Part shown: positions 16,315 to 25,288 of the stretch, piece by piece
How positions within the stretch are numbered: the first letter of the stretch is position 1
How the letters are laid out: each line of letters opens with the position of its first letter
Source: Oscillospiraceae bacterium
GTDB lineage: Bacteria; Bacillota; Clostridia; Oscillospirales; Ruminococcaceae
DNA: 32,000 nucleotides
Direction: 5' to 3'
NCBI GenBank assembly: GCA_025757985.1
Contig: CP107210.1
Location: 1,476,774 to 1,508,773, forward strand
Program-made: the position numbers and the translations under genes
Notes under the pieces: model-generated
What the model was told of the DNA's origin: nothing
Databases searched by the model: none
Seen by the model: the letters and a program-made list of their open reading frames with translations, nothing else

Positions 16315-19011
16315 ATGGGAGATTTATTTGCTGAAATTCGAAAACAGCACATTGAAGATTATGGTTCAAAATTTGAAGAGTGGGCTCCACGCATTTTGGT
16401 GGATCAATATAGTGACCGGACGCATTTTATCTATGAGTTGATTCAGAATGCCGAGGATGCAGGAGCAACATATCTGACGTTTAATCTTTACCCTGATCGT
16501 CTTGTGTTGTGCCATAATGGAAAGCCGTTTACAGAAGCCGATATTCGAGGGATATGTGGTATACGGTCAACAAAGGATGAGCCGGACTCCGGTAAAATTG
16601 GAAGATTTGGCATTGGATTCAAATCGGTTTATGCGTATACCAAAACGCCAGCTATCTATTCTGGACAATATGCGTTTAGAATTCAAAATTTGATTCTTCC
16701 GTATGCCGAAAACAATATATCCTCTGAAGGGAATACAGTTCTCATTTTGCCATTTGACGGCAATGTGAATGCCGATGTCGCTAATTGTGATATTGAAATT
16801 GCCTTAAGAAAGTACATTTCTTCAGATGTTCTTTTCGCACTCCATAATATCAAAAAAATAGGTTGCAAGGTTTATCCAACTGAAGAAGAGTGGACCATTG
16901 TCAAGCAAAGTAATCCCCTATCTGAATTCGTCGATCACATTCATATTATTGAAGAGCCCTATAATGAAGAAAAAGAATTGCTTGTTTTCCATACAACGGA
17001 CAGCCAGCCGATTTTAATAGGATATAGCTTGGCAGAAGCAGAAGATGGAAAAAAATATGTGATACCTGCTAATCAGCATTATCTTTATGTTTTTTTCCCA
17101 ACATCTGTTGAAACACATTTGTCTTTTTATATCCATGCCCCGTTCTCTACTACACCGGCTCGCGACAATGTTCGCCATAATGAAATCAACAAAGTTCTTT
17201 CAAAACAGTTAAATCAATTGTTTGCCGATAGTATAAAATGGCTGCTTGAACACGGCTATGTAACGCTCAAGTTCCTTAACAATGTCTATCCACTGGAGGA
17301 TGATTGCAGAGAAGAAACACTACAGGGACTTTACTACACCGGGAAAAAGTTGTTTGAAGAGGGCGTTCGGCTTTTTCAAACGGAAGATAATGATTATTGC
17401 TCAGTCCCAGAAGCCGTCCTGCCGTATGCAAAAAATATACCTGAAAGCATTACACAAGAGATATTGCAAAGTGAAAATGAAAATCGTGTTTGCTGGGTTA
17501 AAGCAGATGTTTGTACAGAGGCCTACGCACGGTTATGGGAATACTTGACGCATACATTAGGTATCAAGGTCTTGCGTTGGAGAGATGTTCTTCCAAAACT
17601 GGGTGCTGAAATACTTGAGAAACAATCTGATGAATGGCTCTTGCATCTGCTGGATGTTATTTATCCTACTTGCACTGGTTTCTTGAAGCTGAGGGATAAA
17701 GTAGATGCTCGTACAATTCCCCTTGTTCGCCTTCAAGATGGTAGACATATCTGCTGCCAGTATGAGGGCGTTGCGCAGGTTTATATAAATAATCCGATTT
17801 CTTGTAAAAACAAAATTCGAAATTCGATTCTTTACGATGAACGTGGGTATGAGTTTTATACAGACGCACTTGGAATTGGAGAGTACAATGCTGTTCAAGA
17901 ATTGAAAGATGATGTGGTGTGCTTTTACGGGGAAGATTCAGAGGATACAGATATTCCTTTTGAAGACAATATTGAACATTTCTCGGTTATCAAGCGTGCG
18001 CTAAAGGAAAATGAAACAGAGGTTCGAAAGATTCTAAAAAATGTACCAATCGTACTGAGTAATGCAGGATGGATGCCACCTACAGCCTGCTATTTGCCTG
18101 ATGAAATGGTAAATCGGACACCACAAGAGAGCCAGTTACTTCATGGGGTGAATTTGAAGTGGGTATCTGACAGATATAAGGAATATGTGGCAGCAGATGT
18201 ATTCAAAAAAATCGGATGTAATGTAACTCTGAAGTCAATCCAAGTTGATAAAAGAAGCTATTTGGAATTGCTGTCGCAGTACAATCCTGATTTGTGTGTG
18301 AAGGTACGTGGAGCAATATTTAATAAAACCTACACTGAAATTATAGAAACCACTGAGCCAGAGATTTGGAATTGGTCGTTTGCGATTGATCATATTGGGG
18401 AATTGCTTTCGGAAGTATCGCTTGAAAAATCGCTTGAAATCGTTGATTACTTGGATGATGTCGTAAAAAGCCATCCACTATATGGCACTATGCGAGGAGC
18501 AAACGATAGAAATTTCAACGGAAAAAGTGTTGCAACACTTGGAAATATTCCGTCTGCATTAGCGGTAGCGTTGGAATCGGCAAAATGGCTATATGACGCT
18601 GATGGAACGGCAAAGATTGCTTCTGAGCTAAAACGTTCCGAACTTCACGCAGTCTATACTGGGCACGGTAGGAAATTGTTTGCGCAACTCAATTTTATCG
18701 AGGAAAATGAAGCAGTAGAGGCTGCCATTCAAAGCGTAGATACACCCTATCAGGATTTCGTCAGTACAATGCTGAAGAAACCCGATGAATTACGTTGGAT
18801 GTATGAAGCCTATCAAAAGTTCCAGAAGAAGAAAATGAAGGAGGAACAGCAACCAAAATCTTTAATTCAAGTGCTGGAAAGTCAGAGCAGCGAACAGACG
18901 GAGATAGATGCTAATTCTGCACCAGATGATGAAACATTGGGTGAATATGGCGCTGTCCGAAATGTAAACCGTCGTGAAAAAAATTGGAAGAAAGCTTTCA
19001 GGAAGGCTTAG
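16315..19011 (+). CDS. Sacsin/NOV-type GHKL (Bergerat-fold) ATPase with an uncharacterised C-terminal region of about 700 aa
   Basis: The N-box is YELIQNAEDAGAT (ELIQNAEDA at 16435-16461). The G1-like motif is HNGKPFTEADIRGI and the G2 motif is IGRFGIGFKSVY. The gene starts 19 nt after the helicase stop with a GAGGAAG RBS. Confidence 0.8.
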   Translation: MGDLFAEIRKQHIEDYGSKFEEWAPRILVDQYSDRTHFIYELIQNAEDAGATYLTFNLYPDRLVLCHNGKPFTEADIRGICGIRSTKDEPDSGKIGRFGIGFKSVYAYTKTPAIYSGQYAFRIQNLILPYAENNISSEGNTVLILPFDGNVNADVANCDIEIALRKYISSDVLFALHNIKKIGCKVYPTEEEWTIVKQSNPLSEFVDHIHIIEEPYNEEKELLVFHTTDSQPILIGYSLAEAEDGKKYVIPANQHYLYVFFPTSVETHLSFYIHAPFSTTPARDNVRHNEINKVLSKQLNQLFADSIKWLLEHGYVTLKFLNNVYPLEDDCREETLQGLYYTGKKLFEEGVRLFQTEDNDYCSVPEAVLPYAKNIPESITQEILQSENENRVCWVKADVCTEAYARLWEYLTHTLGIKVLRWRDVLPKLGAEILEKQSDEWLLHLLDVIYPTCTGFLKLRDKVDARTIPLVRLQDGRHICCQYEGVAQVYINNPISCKNKIRNSILYDERGYEFYTDALGIGEYNAVQELKDDVVCFYGEDSEDTDIPFEDNIEHFSVIKRALKENETEVRKILKNVPIVLSNAGWMPPTACYLPDEMVNRTPQESQLLHGVNLKWVSDRYKEYVAADVFKKIGCNVTLKSIQVDKRSYLELLSQYNPDLCVKVRGAIFNKTYTEIIETTEPEIWNWSFAIDHIGELLSEVSLEKSLEIVDYLDDVVKSHPLYGTMRGANDRNFNGKSVATLGNIPSALAVALESAKWLYDADGTAKIASELKRSELHAVYTGHGRKLFAQLNFIEENEAVEAAIQSVDTPYQDFVSTMLKKPDELRWMYEAYQKFQKKKMKEEQQPKSLIQVLESQSSEQTEIDANSAPDDETLGEYGAVRNVNRREKNWKKAFRKA

Positions 19012-19454
19012 AGGGAACAACTGCGGTAGCACCGCGATTGCACTACGTTTACTCAGAGAGTAATCAGGGAGAAAAAGCTTTCTTGGCGGCACAATATTAT
19101 GGAAAATGCCAAATCTGCGGAAAACAGATTTTTCGTAGTAATGGAAAGCCTTATTTTGAAGCCTGCAATATTCTCCCGACTAATGCTATTCCAGATAGGT
19201 ACAAACATAGCATTTCAGAAGGTTGGAATTCTCTTTGTCTATGTCCTAACTGTGCTGCTGAATTTAAGTACGGAAAAAAGAATCTGTCTGAGCTTATTTC
19301 GATGATACAAGATTACCATGTGAAAGAAAATGACGAAAATTTGATTACCTGCAGGATAGAAATGCAGGGAGAACAAAGGACAATCAAATATACTGGAAAG
19401 CATTTCTTGGCACTGCAAAAAGCAATTGAGTATTATTCCGACGATGCTAAATGA
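18984..19454 (+). CDS. Cys4 zinc-ribbon protein with HNH-like topology but without the catalytic His. It has only a TTG start and may be the frameshifted C-terminus of the GHKL protein.
   Basis: CQICG (from 19107), FEACNILP, WNSLCLCPNCAAEF follow the order of an HNH motif, with His replaced by Cys/Asn and Ala/Glu. The ORF has no ATG before residue 107. Its frame opens only at 18978, inside an A7 run. Confidence 0.5.
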   Translation: MEESFQEGLEGTTAVAPRLHYVYSESNQGEKAFLAAQYYGKCQICGKQIFRSNGKPYFEACNILPTNAIPDRYKHSISEGWNSLCLCPNCAAEFKYGKKNLSELISMIQDYHVKENDENLITCRIEMQGEQRTIKYTGKHFLALQKAIEYYSDDAK

Positions 19455-19602
19455 TGCCGCAGAAAATAAAGGCTCTGTGGGAAGAAAGGAGACACTATGA
19501 TTGGATTCGCTAAAAGATGGAGCACAGAACAGCGTATTCGGGCAACGTTTCAGCTAATAAATAATGTTTTGAAATCAGGGATGAGGTAGAAAGGAAAGTT
19601 CC

Positions 19603-20283
19603 ATGACAAAAGATGAAGTAAAAAAACTCAGGATGAACAGTCCGGAATCACTACAGTTTTTAAATAATGCTACAAAATTTTATAATTTAATGATGATGTA
19701 TCGTTGTGCTATTCGGGAGATACAAACTAAGCTTGAGGTTTTGGATGATGAATTTTCAGTTGAGAACAATCGAAATCCTATTTCTTTTATAAAAACAAGA
19801 ATTAAGAAGCCCAATAGTATTTACAATAAACTGCAGAAGATGGGATATGAATTTACAACAGAAAATATACAGATATATCTCAATGATGTAGCAGGCGTTC
19901 GAATAGTTTGTGCGTTTATTGACGATATTTATATGATATCAGATTTGATTACCAAACAGGATGATATTAAAGTTATTGAAATAAAAGATTATATAAAAAA
20001 TCCAAAATCGAATGGTTATCGAAGCTATCATATGATTGTTGAAATACCAGTATTTTTTGCTAAGGGTAAAACACCTATGCGTGTAGAATTACAGATTCGA
20101 ACCAATGGTATGGATTTCTGGGCAACGTTGGAACATCAACTTCGCTATAAAAAAGGAATTGAAGAAATGCCTGGCTATGATGAGATAAGTGAAGAATTAC
20201 TTCATTCTGCAAGAGCTATCATTGAAGCAGATAATGAAATGCAGAGAATAAAAGACAAAATTGGTATGTTCCACGAAATTTAA
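19603..20283 (+). CDS. Small alarmone synthetase (RelA/SpoT-domain GTP pyrophosphokinase, RelQ/RelP-like)
   Basis: Motifs are VAGVRIVC, YRSYHMIV, ELQIRT and WATLEHQLRYK. At 226 aa it is single-domain sized. Confidence 0.85.
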   Translation: MTKDEVKKLRMNSPESLQFLNNATKFYNLMMMYRCAIREIQTKLEVLDDEFSVENNRNPISFIKTRIKKPNSIYNKLQKMGYEFTTENIQIYLNDVAGVRIVCAFIDDIYMISDLITKQDDIKVIEIKDYIKNPKSNGYRSYHMIVEIPVFFAKGKTPMRVELQIRTNGMDFWATLEHQLRYKKGIEEMPGYDEISEELLHSARAIIEADNEMQRIKDKIGMFHEI

Positions 20284-20319
20284 GCAGAAATTTGATCGAA
20301 TAGAAAGGTTGGAATATAT

Positions 20320-21879
20320 ATGAAACAAGATACTTTAGAAGGAAAAGCGAAAACAAAAAACGGAGTAAAACGATTGTGTTTTTCCATAGTCTGCATTCTT
20401 CTAGAAGTAGTTTTTATTATTACTATTGTAACACGCTTAAATGAATATGCAGAAATCATAAATCTATTTACAAGGATTTTAAGTGGAATTTTAGTTTTGG
20501 GATTGTATGCATCAGATAAGACATCTTCCATGAAAATGCCTTGGGTTATATTAATTTTAATTTTCCCAATTATGGGTGTAGGCCTATATTTATTGATTGG
20601 TTTGAATGGCGGCACACATAAAATGCGTGAGCGATATGCAGAAATTGATAGCAAATTGTTACCAATGCTTTCCGATAATCAGGAGTGCTTAAACAGAATA
20701 AACGAAACGATTCCGAAGGCAGGAAATATTGCAAGTTATATACAAAGAAATTCGCAGTATCCAATCTATCAGAATACGGATATTGTGTATTTTGATGAAG
20801 CAGTGAAAGGATTAGAGGCACAGCTTAAGGATTTGGAGAAAGCACAAAAGTTTATCTTTATGGAATATCATGCGATAGAAGACGCTGAAGCATGGCATAA
20901 GATTCAAGATGTTCTGGAAGAGCGAGTAAAAGCAGGTGTGGAAGTTAGAGTATTCTACGATGATATGGGTTCTATAGGCTTTATTAACACAGATTTTGTG
21001 AAAAAAATGGAGGCAATAGGAATTCATTGCCGTGTATTCAATCCGTTTATGCCAGGTTTAAATCTGTTTTTGAACAATCGTGATCATAGAAAAATAACAG
21101 TTATTGATGGAAAAGTCGGATTTACAGGTGGATATAATCTAGCAAACGAATATTTTAATTACACACACCCGTATGGACAGTGGAAAGATACAGGTATTCG
21201 TTTAGAAGGAGATGCTGTTCAGTCGCTTACAGTGACATTTTTAGAAATGTGGAATGCTGTTAGTGAAAAAGCTACGAATGATACTGATTTTAGTAAATAC
21301 ATTATTCATTACGATTATAAAGCACAGCAAACAGGTTTTGTTCAGCCTTATGCAGACAGTCCTATGGATAATGAGCAGGTCGGAGAAGAAGTTTATATCA
21401 GTATGATAAATAAAGCTGAAAAATATTGTTGGTTTATGACTCCATATCTAATCATAACAGATGAAATGACGCATGCGTTATGTCTGGCTGCTAAGCGAGG
21501 GGTAGACGTAAGAATTATCACACCTGGTATCCCTGATAAAAAATTCATTTATAATGTAACTCGTTCTTTTTATCATGGATTAGTTAAACATGGTGTTCGT
21601 GTTTATGAGTGGACTCCTGGTTTCTGTCATGCAAAAATGAGTGTGGCAGATGACTGTATGGCAACTTGTGGAACAATTAATTTGGATTATCGAAGTTTAT
21701 ATCACCATTTTGAAAACGGCTGTTTTATGGCAGATTGTCAGGCAGTTGTGGAAATAAAAAATGATCTGATAAGAACGATGGGAGAATGTCGTGATGTGAC
21801 AGACCAATATCAAACCGGACGAAGTGCATATTTGCGACTGGGACAATTATTTATGAGATTATTTGCTGGATTGCTATAA
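20320..21879 (+). CDS. cls: Cardiolipin synthase
   Basis: Two HKD motifs are present, HRKITVIDGKVGFTGGYN and HAKMSVADDCMATCGTINLD. Two N-terminal TM helices and the 519-aa size fit. Confidence 0.88.
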   Translation: MKQDTLEGKAKTKNGVKRLCFSIVCILLEVVFIITIVTRLNEYAEIINLFTRILSGILVLGLYASDKTSSMKMPWVILILIFPIMGVGLYLLIGLNGGTHKMRERYAEIDSKLLPMLSDNQECLNRINETIPKAGNIASYIQRNSQYPIYQNTDIVYFDEAVKGLEAQLKDLEKAQKFIFMEYHAIEDAEAWHKIQDVLEERVKAGVEVRVFYDDMGSIGFINTDFVKKMEAIGIHCRVFNPFMPGLNLFLNNRDHRKITVIDGKVGFTGGYNLANEYFNYTHPYGQWKDTGIRLEGDAVQSLTVTFLEMWNAVSEKATNDTDFSKYIIHYDYKAQQTGFVQPYADSPMDNEQVGEEVYISMINKAEKYCWFMTPYLIITDEMTHALCLAAKRGVDVRIITPGIPDKKFIYNVTRSFYHGLVKHGVRVYEWTPGFCHAKMSVADDCMATCGTINLDYRSLYHHFENGCFMADCQAVVEIKNDLIRTMGECRDVTDQYQTGRSAYLRLGQLFMRLFAGLL

Positions 21880-21892
21880 GAATCTGATGAAA

Positions 21893-21949
21893 CGACCTTT
21901 CAAAAAACAGTTGATTTAGAAGTTAACTGTTTTTGAAAGGCCGTTTTTG
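21893..21949 (+). terminator. Rho-independent terminator after cls
   Basis: A long imperfect hairpin pairs CGACCTTTCAAAAAACAGTT with AACTGTTTTTGAAAGGCCG, followed by TTTTT (21944-21948). Confidence 0.7.
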
Positions 21950-22089
21950 CTATATCTAACAGTCTGTTGTACAAAGAAGATTTTGCATGGATGAAAAAAC
22001 AAACCTTGTTGAGGTTAAATTGAGTTTTCCATTGTATTGTATTGCTAATGAATAAGAATAAGAAATAAAAAGGAATCAGGTGATGTACA

Positions 22090-23523
22090 ATGAAAAAGCA
22101 TAAAATATGTAAAATCCTTCTTGTTATACTGGCAATTTTTTTATGTGTGGCTTTTTATGAATTGCTCGGAATCTGCGTTGCATATAAAAAGCAGCCGGAA
22201 GTGTCCAATACAACCAAAAAAGAAACAAAAAATGGGTCATGGAACGAATGCAGTGAAAATACAGAACGGGCAGTAATCATAGAAAAGAATCCAGAAGCGC
22301 TTTTACAAAGAGTGCGTTTGATCAAGAATGCAAAAAAGGAAATTATTCTTTCTACTTTTGCATTTCAATCCGATGAAAGTGGAAAATTGATCTTAGGAGC
22401 ACTGCATGATGCGGCAGACAGAGGTGTACATATTCGTCTGTTAGTAGATGGAATGGAGAGCTGGATTGATATGGAAGGAAATCCGTATTTCTATGGATTA
22501 TCTTCCCATGAGAATGTTGAAATTAAACTGTATAATAAGGCCAATCCGTTGAAACCGTGGAAAATGATGGGTAGAATGCATGATAAATATTTGATTGCAG
22601 ATGGAAAGAGATATATTCTTGGGGGAAGAAATACATACAATTATTTCCTGGGCGATTTTCCGGGACATAAGAACTATGACAGAGACGTGTTAGTGGTTTG
22701 CGATGAACCTGAGAAAGAAAATTCAGTTAACCAGTTGTTAGAGTATTTTGAAACGATATGGGAACAAGAAGACAGTGATTATTTTCATGACAATAAAAAA
22801 CTGGCAAATAGAAAATCTGTAAAGAACGCAGTTTTAGAGCTGCAGAACGGCTATCAGAAATATTTTGAAGAGAATAAGGAAAGAATCTGCGATACCGATT
22901 ACACGGACGAAACTTTTGAGACAGAAAAGATTGCATTAGTGTCAAATCCTATTCACACAGGTTCCAAAGAACCAGTAGTGTGGTATCAGTTGGGAAAATT
23001 GATGAAAAATGCAAAAAATCGTGTGAAGATCCACACGCCATATATTATCTGTAATGATATGATGTATAATACATGGGAGGAGATTGCAGAGAACGTTTCA
23101 GATTTTTCTATCATGACAAATTCAGTTGCGAATAATGGGAATCCATTTGGGGCTGCCGATTATGCGAAAAACAGAAATAGAATCTTAAGTACAGGAATTA
23201 ATATCTGGGAATATGAAGGCGGTTATTCATACCATGGAAAAAGTATTCTGATTGACGATGATCTGTCTGTAATCGGTTCCTTTAATATGGACATGAGAAG
23301 TGCATATCTGGATACGGAACTGATGCTTGTAATTCGCAGTAAAGATATTAATAAACAGTTGGAAGAGGGCATGATGGAATATGAAAGAGTGTCCCGCCAG
23401 ATATTAGAAGGCGGAACTTATAATGATCCATATCATGTAGAGCCAATCGAATTAACAAAGAAACGTCAGAGAAAAATATTTTTGGTACAGCATCTGCTTG
23501 GATGGGCAAGGTATCTGTTTTAA
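22090..23523 (+). CDS. Membrane-anchored phospholipase D / cardiolipin-synthase-like family protein
   Basis: An N-terminal TM anchor is followed by two HKD motifs, HDKYLIADGKRYILGGRN and HGKSILIDDDLSVIGSFNMD. Confidence 0.8.
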   Translation: MKKHKICKILLVILAIFLCVAFYELLGICVAYKKQPEVSNTTKKETKNGSWNECSENTERAVIIEKNPEALLQRVRLIKNAKKEIILSTFAFQSDESGKLILGALHDAADRGVHIRLLVDGMESWIDMEGNPYFYGLSSHENVEIKLYNKANPLKPWKMMGRMHDKYLIADGKRYILGGRNTYNYFLGDFPGHKNYDRDVLVVCDEPEKENSVNQLLEYFETIWEQEDSDYFHDNKKLANRKSVKNAVLELQNGYQKYFEENKERICDTDYTDETFETEKIALVSNPIHTGSKEPVVWYQLGKLMKNAKNRVKIHTPYIICNDMMYNTWEEIAENVSDFSIMTNSVANNGNPFGAADYAKNRNRILSTGINIWEYEGGYSYHGKSILIDDDLSVIGSFNMDMRSAYLDTELMLVIRSKDINKQLEEGMMEYERVSRQILEGGTYNDPYHVEPIELTKKRQRKIFLVQHLLGWARYLF

Positions 23524-23540
23524 TAAGGAGGAAGGAAAAC

Positions 23541-24212
23541 GTGTTTCAAATATTGATTGTAGAAGATGATAAAGAATTAAGCCAGCTATTCCAAAAAGTG
23601 CTTGAGAAGAATGGATATCAAGTCAAAAGTGCATCGGATGGAGCACAGGCATTAGAAGTATTGGATAAGGAATATATTGATCTGATCATTTCTGATATTA
23701 TGATGCCGGTTATGGATGGCTATGAACTAGTGTCAGAACTTCGTTCAGCAGGATATCAGATACCAGTGCTTATGATCACTGCGAAAGGTTCCTTTGATGA
23801 TATGCGCCAGGGATTTCTTTCGGGAAGTGACGATTATATGGTAAAACCGGTAAATGTGAATGAAATGGTTTTAAGAGTCGGAGCACTGCTTCGCCGTGCA
23901 CAGATACTGAATGAGCACAAAATTGTGATCGGTTCAACAGAGTTTGATTATGATGCAATGACGGTTACAACTGATAAGGAAAGTCTTGTTTTGCCTAAAA
24001 AAGAATTCCTGCTTTTATATAAGCTTGCAGCTTCGCCAGGCAGAACATTTACAAAACAACAGTTGATGGATGAAGTATGGGGATACGAGACGGAGGCAGA
24101 CCCACATACGATAGAGGTACATATAGGAAGAATCAGAGAGCGTTTTAAAGATAACCCTGATTTTGAAATCGTAACAATGCGTGGAATTGGATACAAGGTG
24201 GTGAAAAAATAA
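23541..24212 (+). CDS. OmpR-family response regulator
   Basis: The receiver domain shows ILIVEDD, DLIISDIMMP and MITAKG. The C-terminal winged helix ends in RGIGYKV. A GTG start at 23541 follows AGGAGG, whereas the ORF-track start at 23502 overlaps the PLD gene. Confidence 0.88.
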   Translation: MFQILIVEDDKELSQLFQKVLEKNGYQVKSASDGAQALEVLDKEYIDLIISDIMMPVMDGYELVSELRSAGYQIPVLMITAKGSFDDMRQGFLSGSDDYMVKPVNVNEMVLRVGALLRRAQILNEHKIVIGSTEFDYDAMTVTTDKESLVLPKKEFLLLYKLAASPGRTFTKQQLMDEVWGYETEADPHTIEVHIGRIRERFKDNPDFEIVTMRGIGYKVVKK

Positions 24213-25255
24213 TGGAACAAAAGAAAGAAAAAGGATTGCGGATCCGATCCTGTCTGACTGGTGCAATCTGGCTGGCACTTGTATTTTCAACAGTCATATC
24301 TGCTTTATTATTTGCTTTTTTGAATCATTTTTTTAATCTGCCGGGCAGCATACCTGTGCTTGGCTGGCTTTTGATTTTCAATACATTGATTGCAGGGCTG
24401 ATCACTTCCTTTATCAATGCAAAGTTACTGGAACCAATTACCAGACTTAGTAAAGCAATGAAGGAAGTTTCTCAGGGAGATTTTGAACAGCATTTGGAAA
24501 CGAACAGCCGTATAGCAGAAGTTGGAGAATCTTATCAAAGTTTTAACGTTATGACAAAAGAACTTCGTGCAACAGAGGTGCTGCAGATGGATTTTGTATC
24601 TAATGTTTCTCATGAGTTTAAGACCCCAATTAATGCCATTGAAGGATATACAATGCTGCTTCAGGGAGAAGAACTGTCTCCGGATCAAGAGGAATATGTA
24701 GAAAAAATCTTATTTAACACCCAAAGACTTTCCGGATTGGTTGGTAATATTTTGCTGTTATCCAAGTTAGAGAATCAGAATATACCAATGAAAAAAACAG
24801 AATATCGTCTGGATGAACAGATCCGCCAGGCAGTTCTTTCATTGGAAACAAAATGGACAGAAAAAGAAATTGGTTTTCAGGTAGAATTGGAGGAAGTTAA
24901 ATATACTGCGAATGAAGGACTTTTTATGCATATCTGGATAAATCTTTTGGATAATGCGATTAAGTTCAGCCCTTCAAAGGGGACAATTACGATGTTTCTG
25001 AAACAAGAACAGGATTCTGTTAAGTTCATTCTGGAAGATGAAGGACCAGGAATAGAGGATGATGTAAAATCCAGAATATTTGACAAGTTCTATCAGGTAG
25101 ATGGATCTCATAAAGCAGAAGGAAATGGCCTAGGTCTTGCACTTGTAAAACGGATTGTAGATAGTGCCGGAGGAACAATCAAAGCAGAAAACCGTGAATA
25201 TGGTGGATGCAGATTTGTTATAGAGCTGCCAAAGCAGAAAGATGAGATTATCTAG
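24212..25255 (+). CDS. Intramembrane-sensing histidine kinase
   Basis: Two TM helices are joined by a loop of about 7 residues (NLPGSIP), followed by a HAMP-like linker. The H-box is SHEFKTPINAI, the N-box LLDNAIKFS and the G-boxes DEGPGI and GNGLGLALV. The start overlaps the response-regulator stop. Confidence 0.88.
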   Translation: MEQKKEKGLRIRSCLTGAIWLALVFSTVISALLFAFLNHFFNLPGSIPVLGWLLIFNTLIAGLITSFINAKLLEPITRLSKAMKEVSQGDFEQHLETNSRIAEVGESYQSFNVMTKELRATEVLQMDFVSNVSHEFKTPINAIEGYTMLLQGEELSPDQEEYVEKILFNTQRLSGLVGNILLLSKLENQNIPMKKTEYRLDEQIRQAVLSLETKWTEKEIGFQVELEEVKYTANEGLFMHIWINLLDNAIKFSPSKGTITMFLKQEQDSVKFILEDEGPGIEDDVKSRIFDKFYQVDGSHKAEGNGLGLALVKRIVDSAGGTIKAENREYGGCRFVIELPKQKDEII

Positions 25256-25288
25256 TTTTAAGATAAATTAGAAGATGGGAGAATTTAT

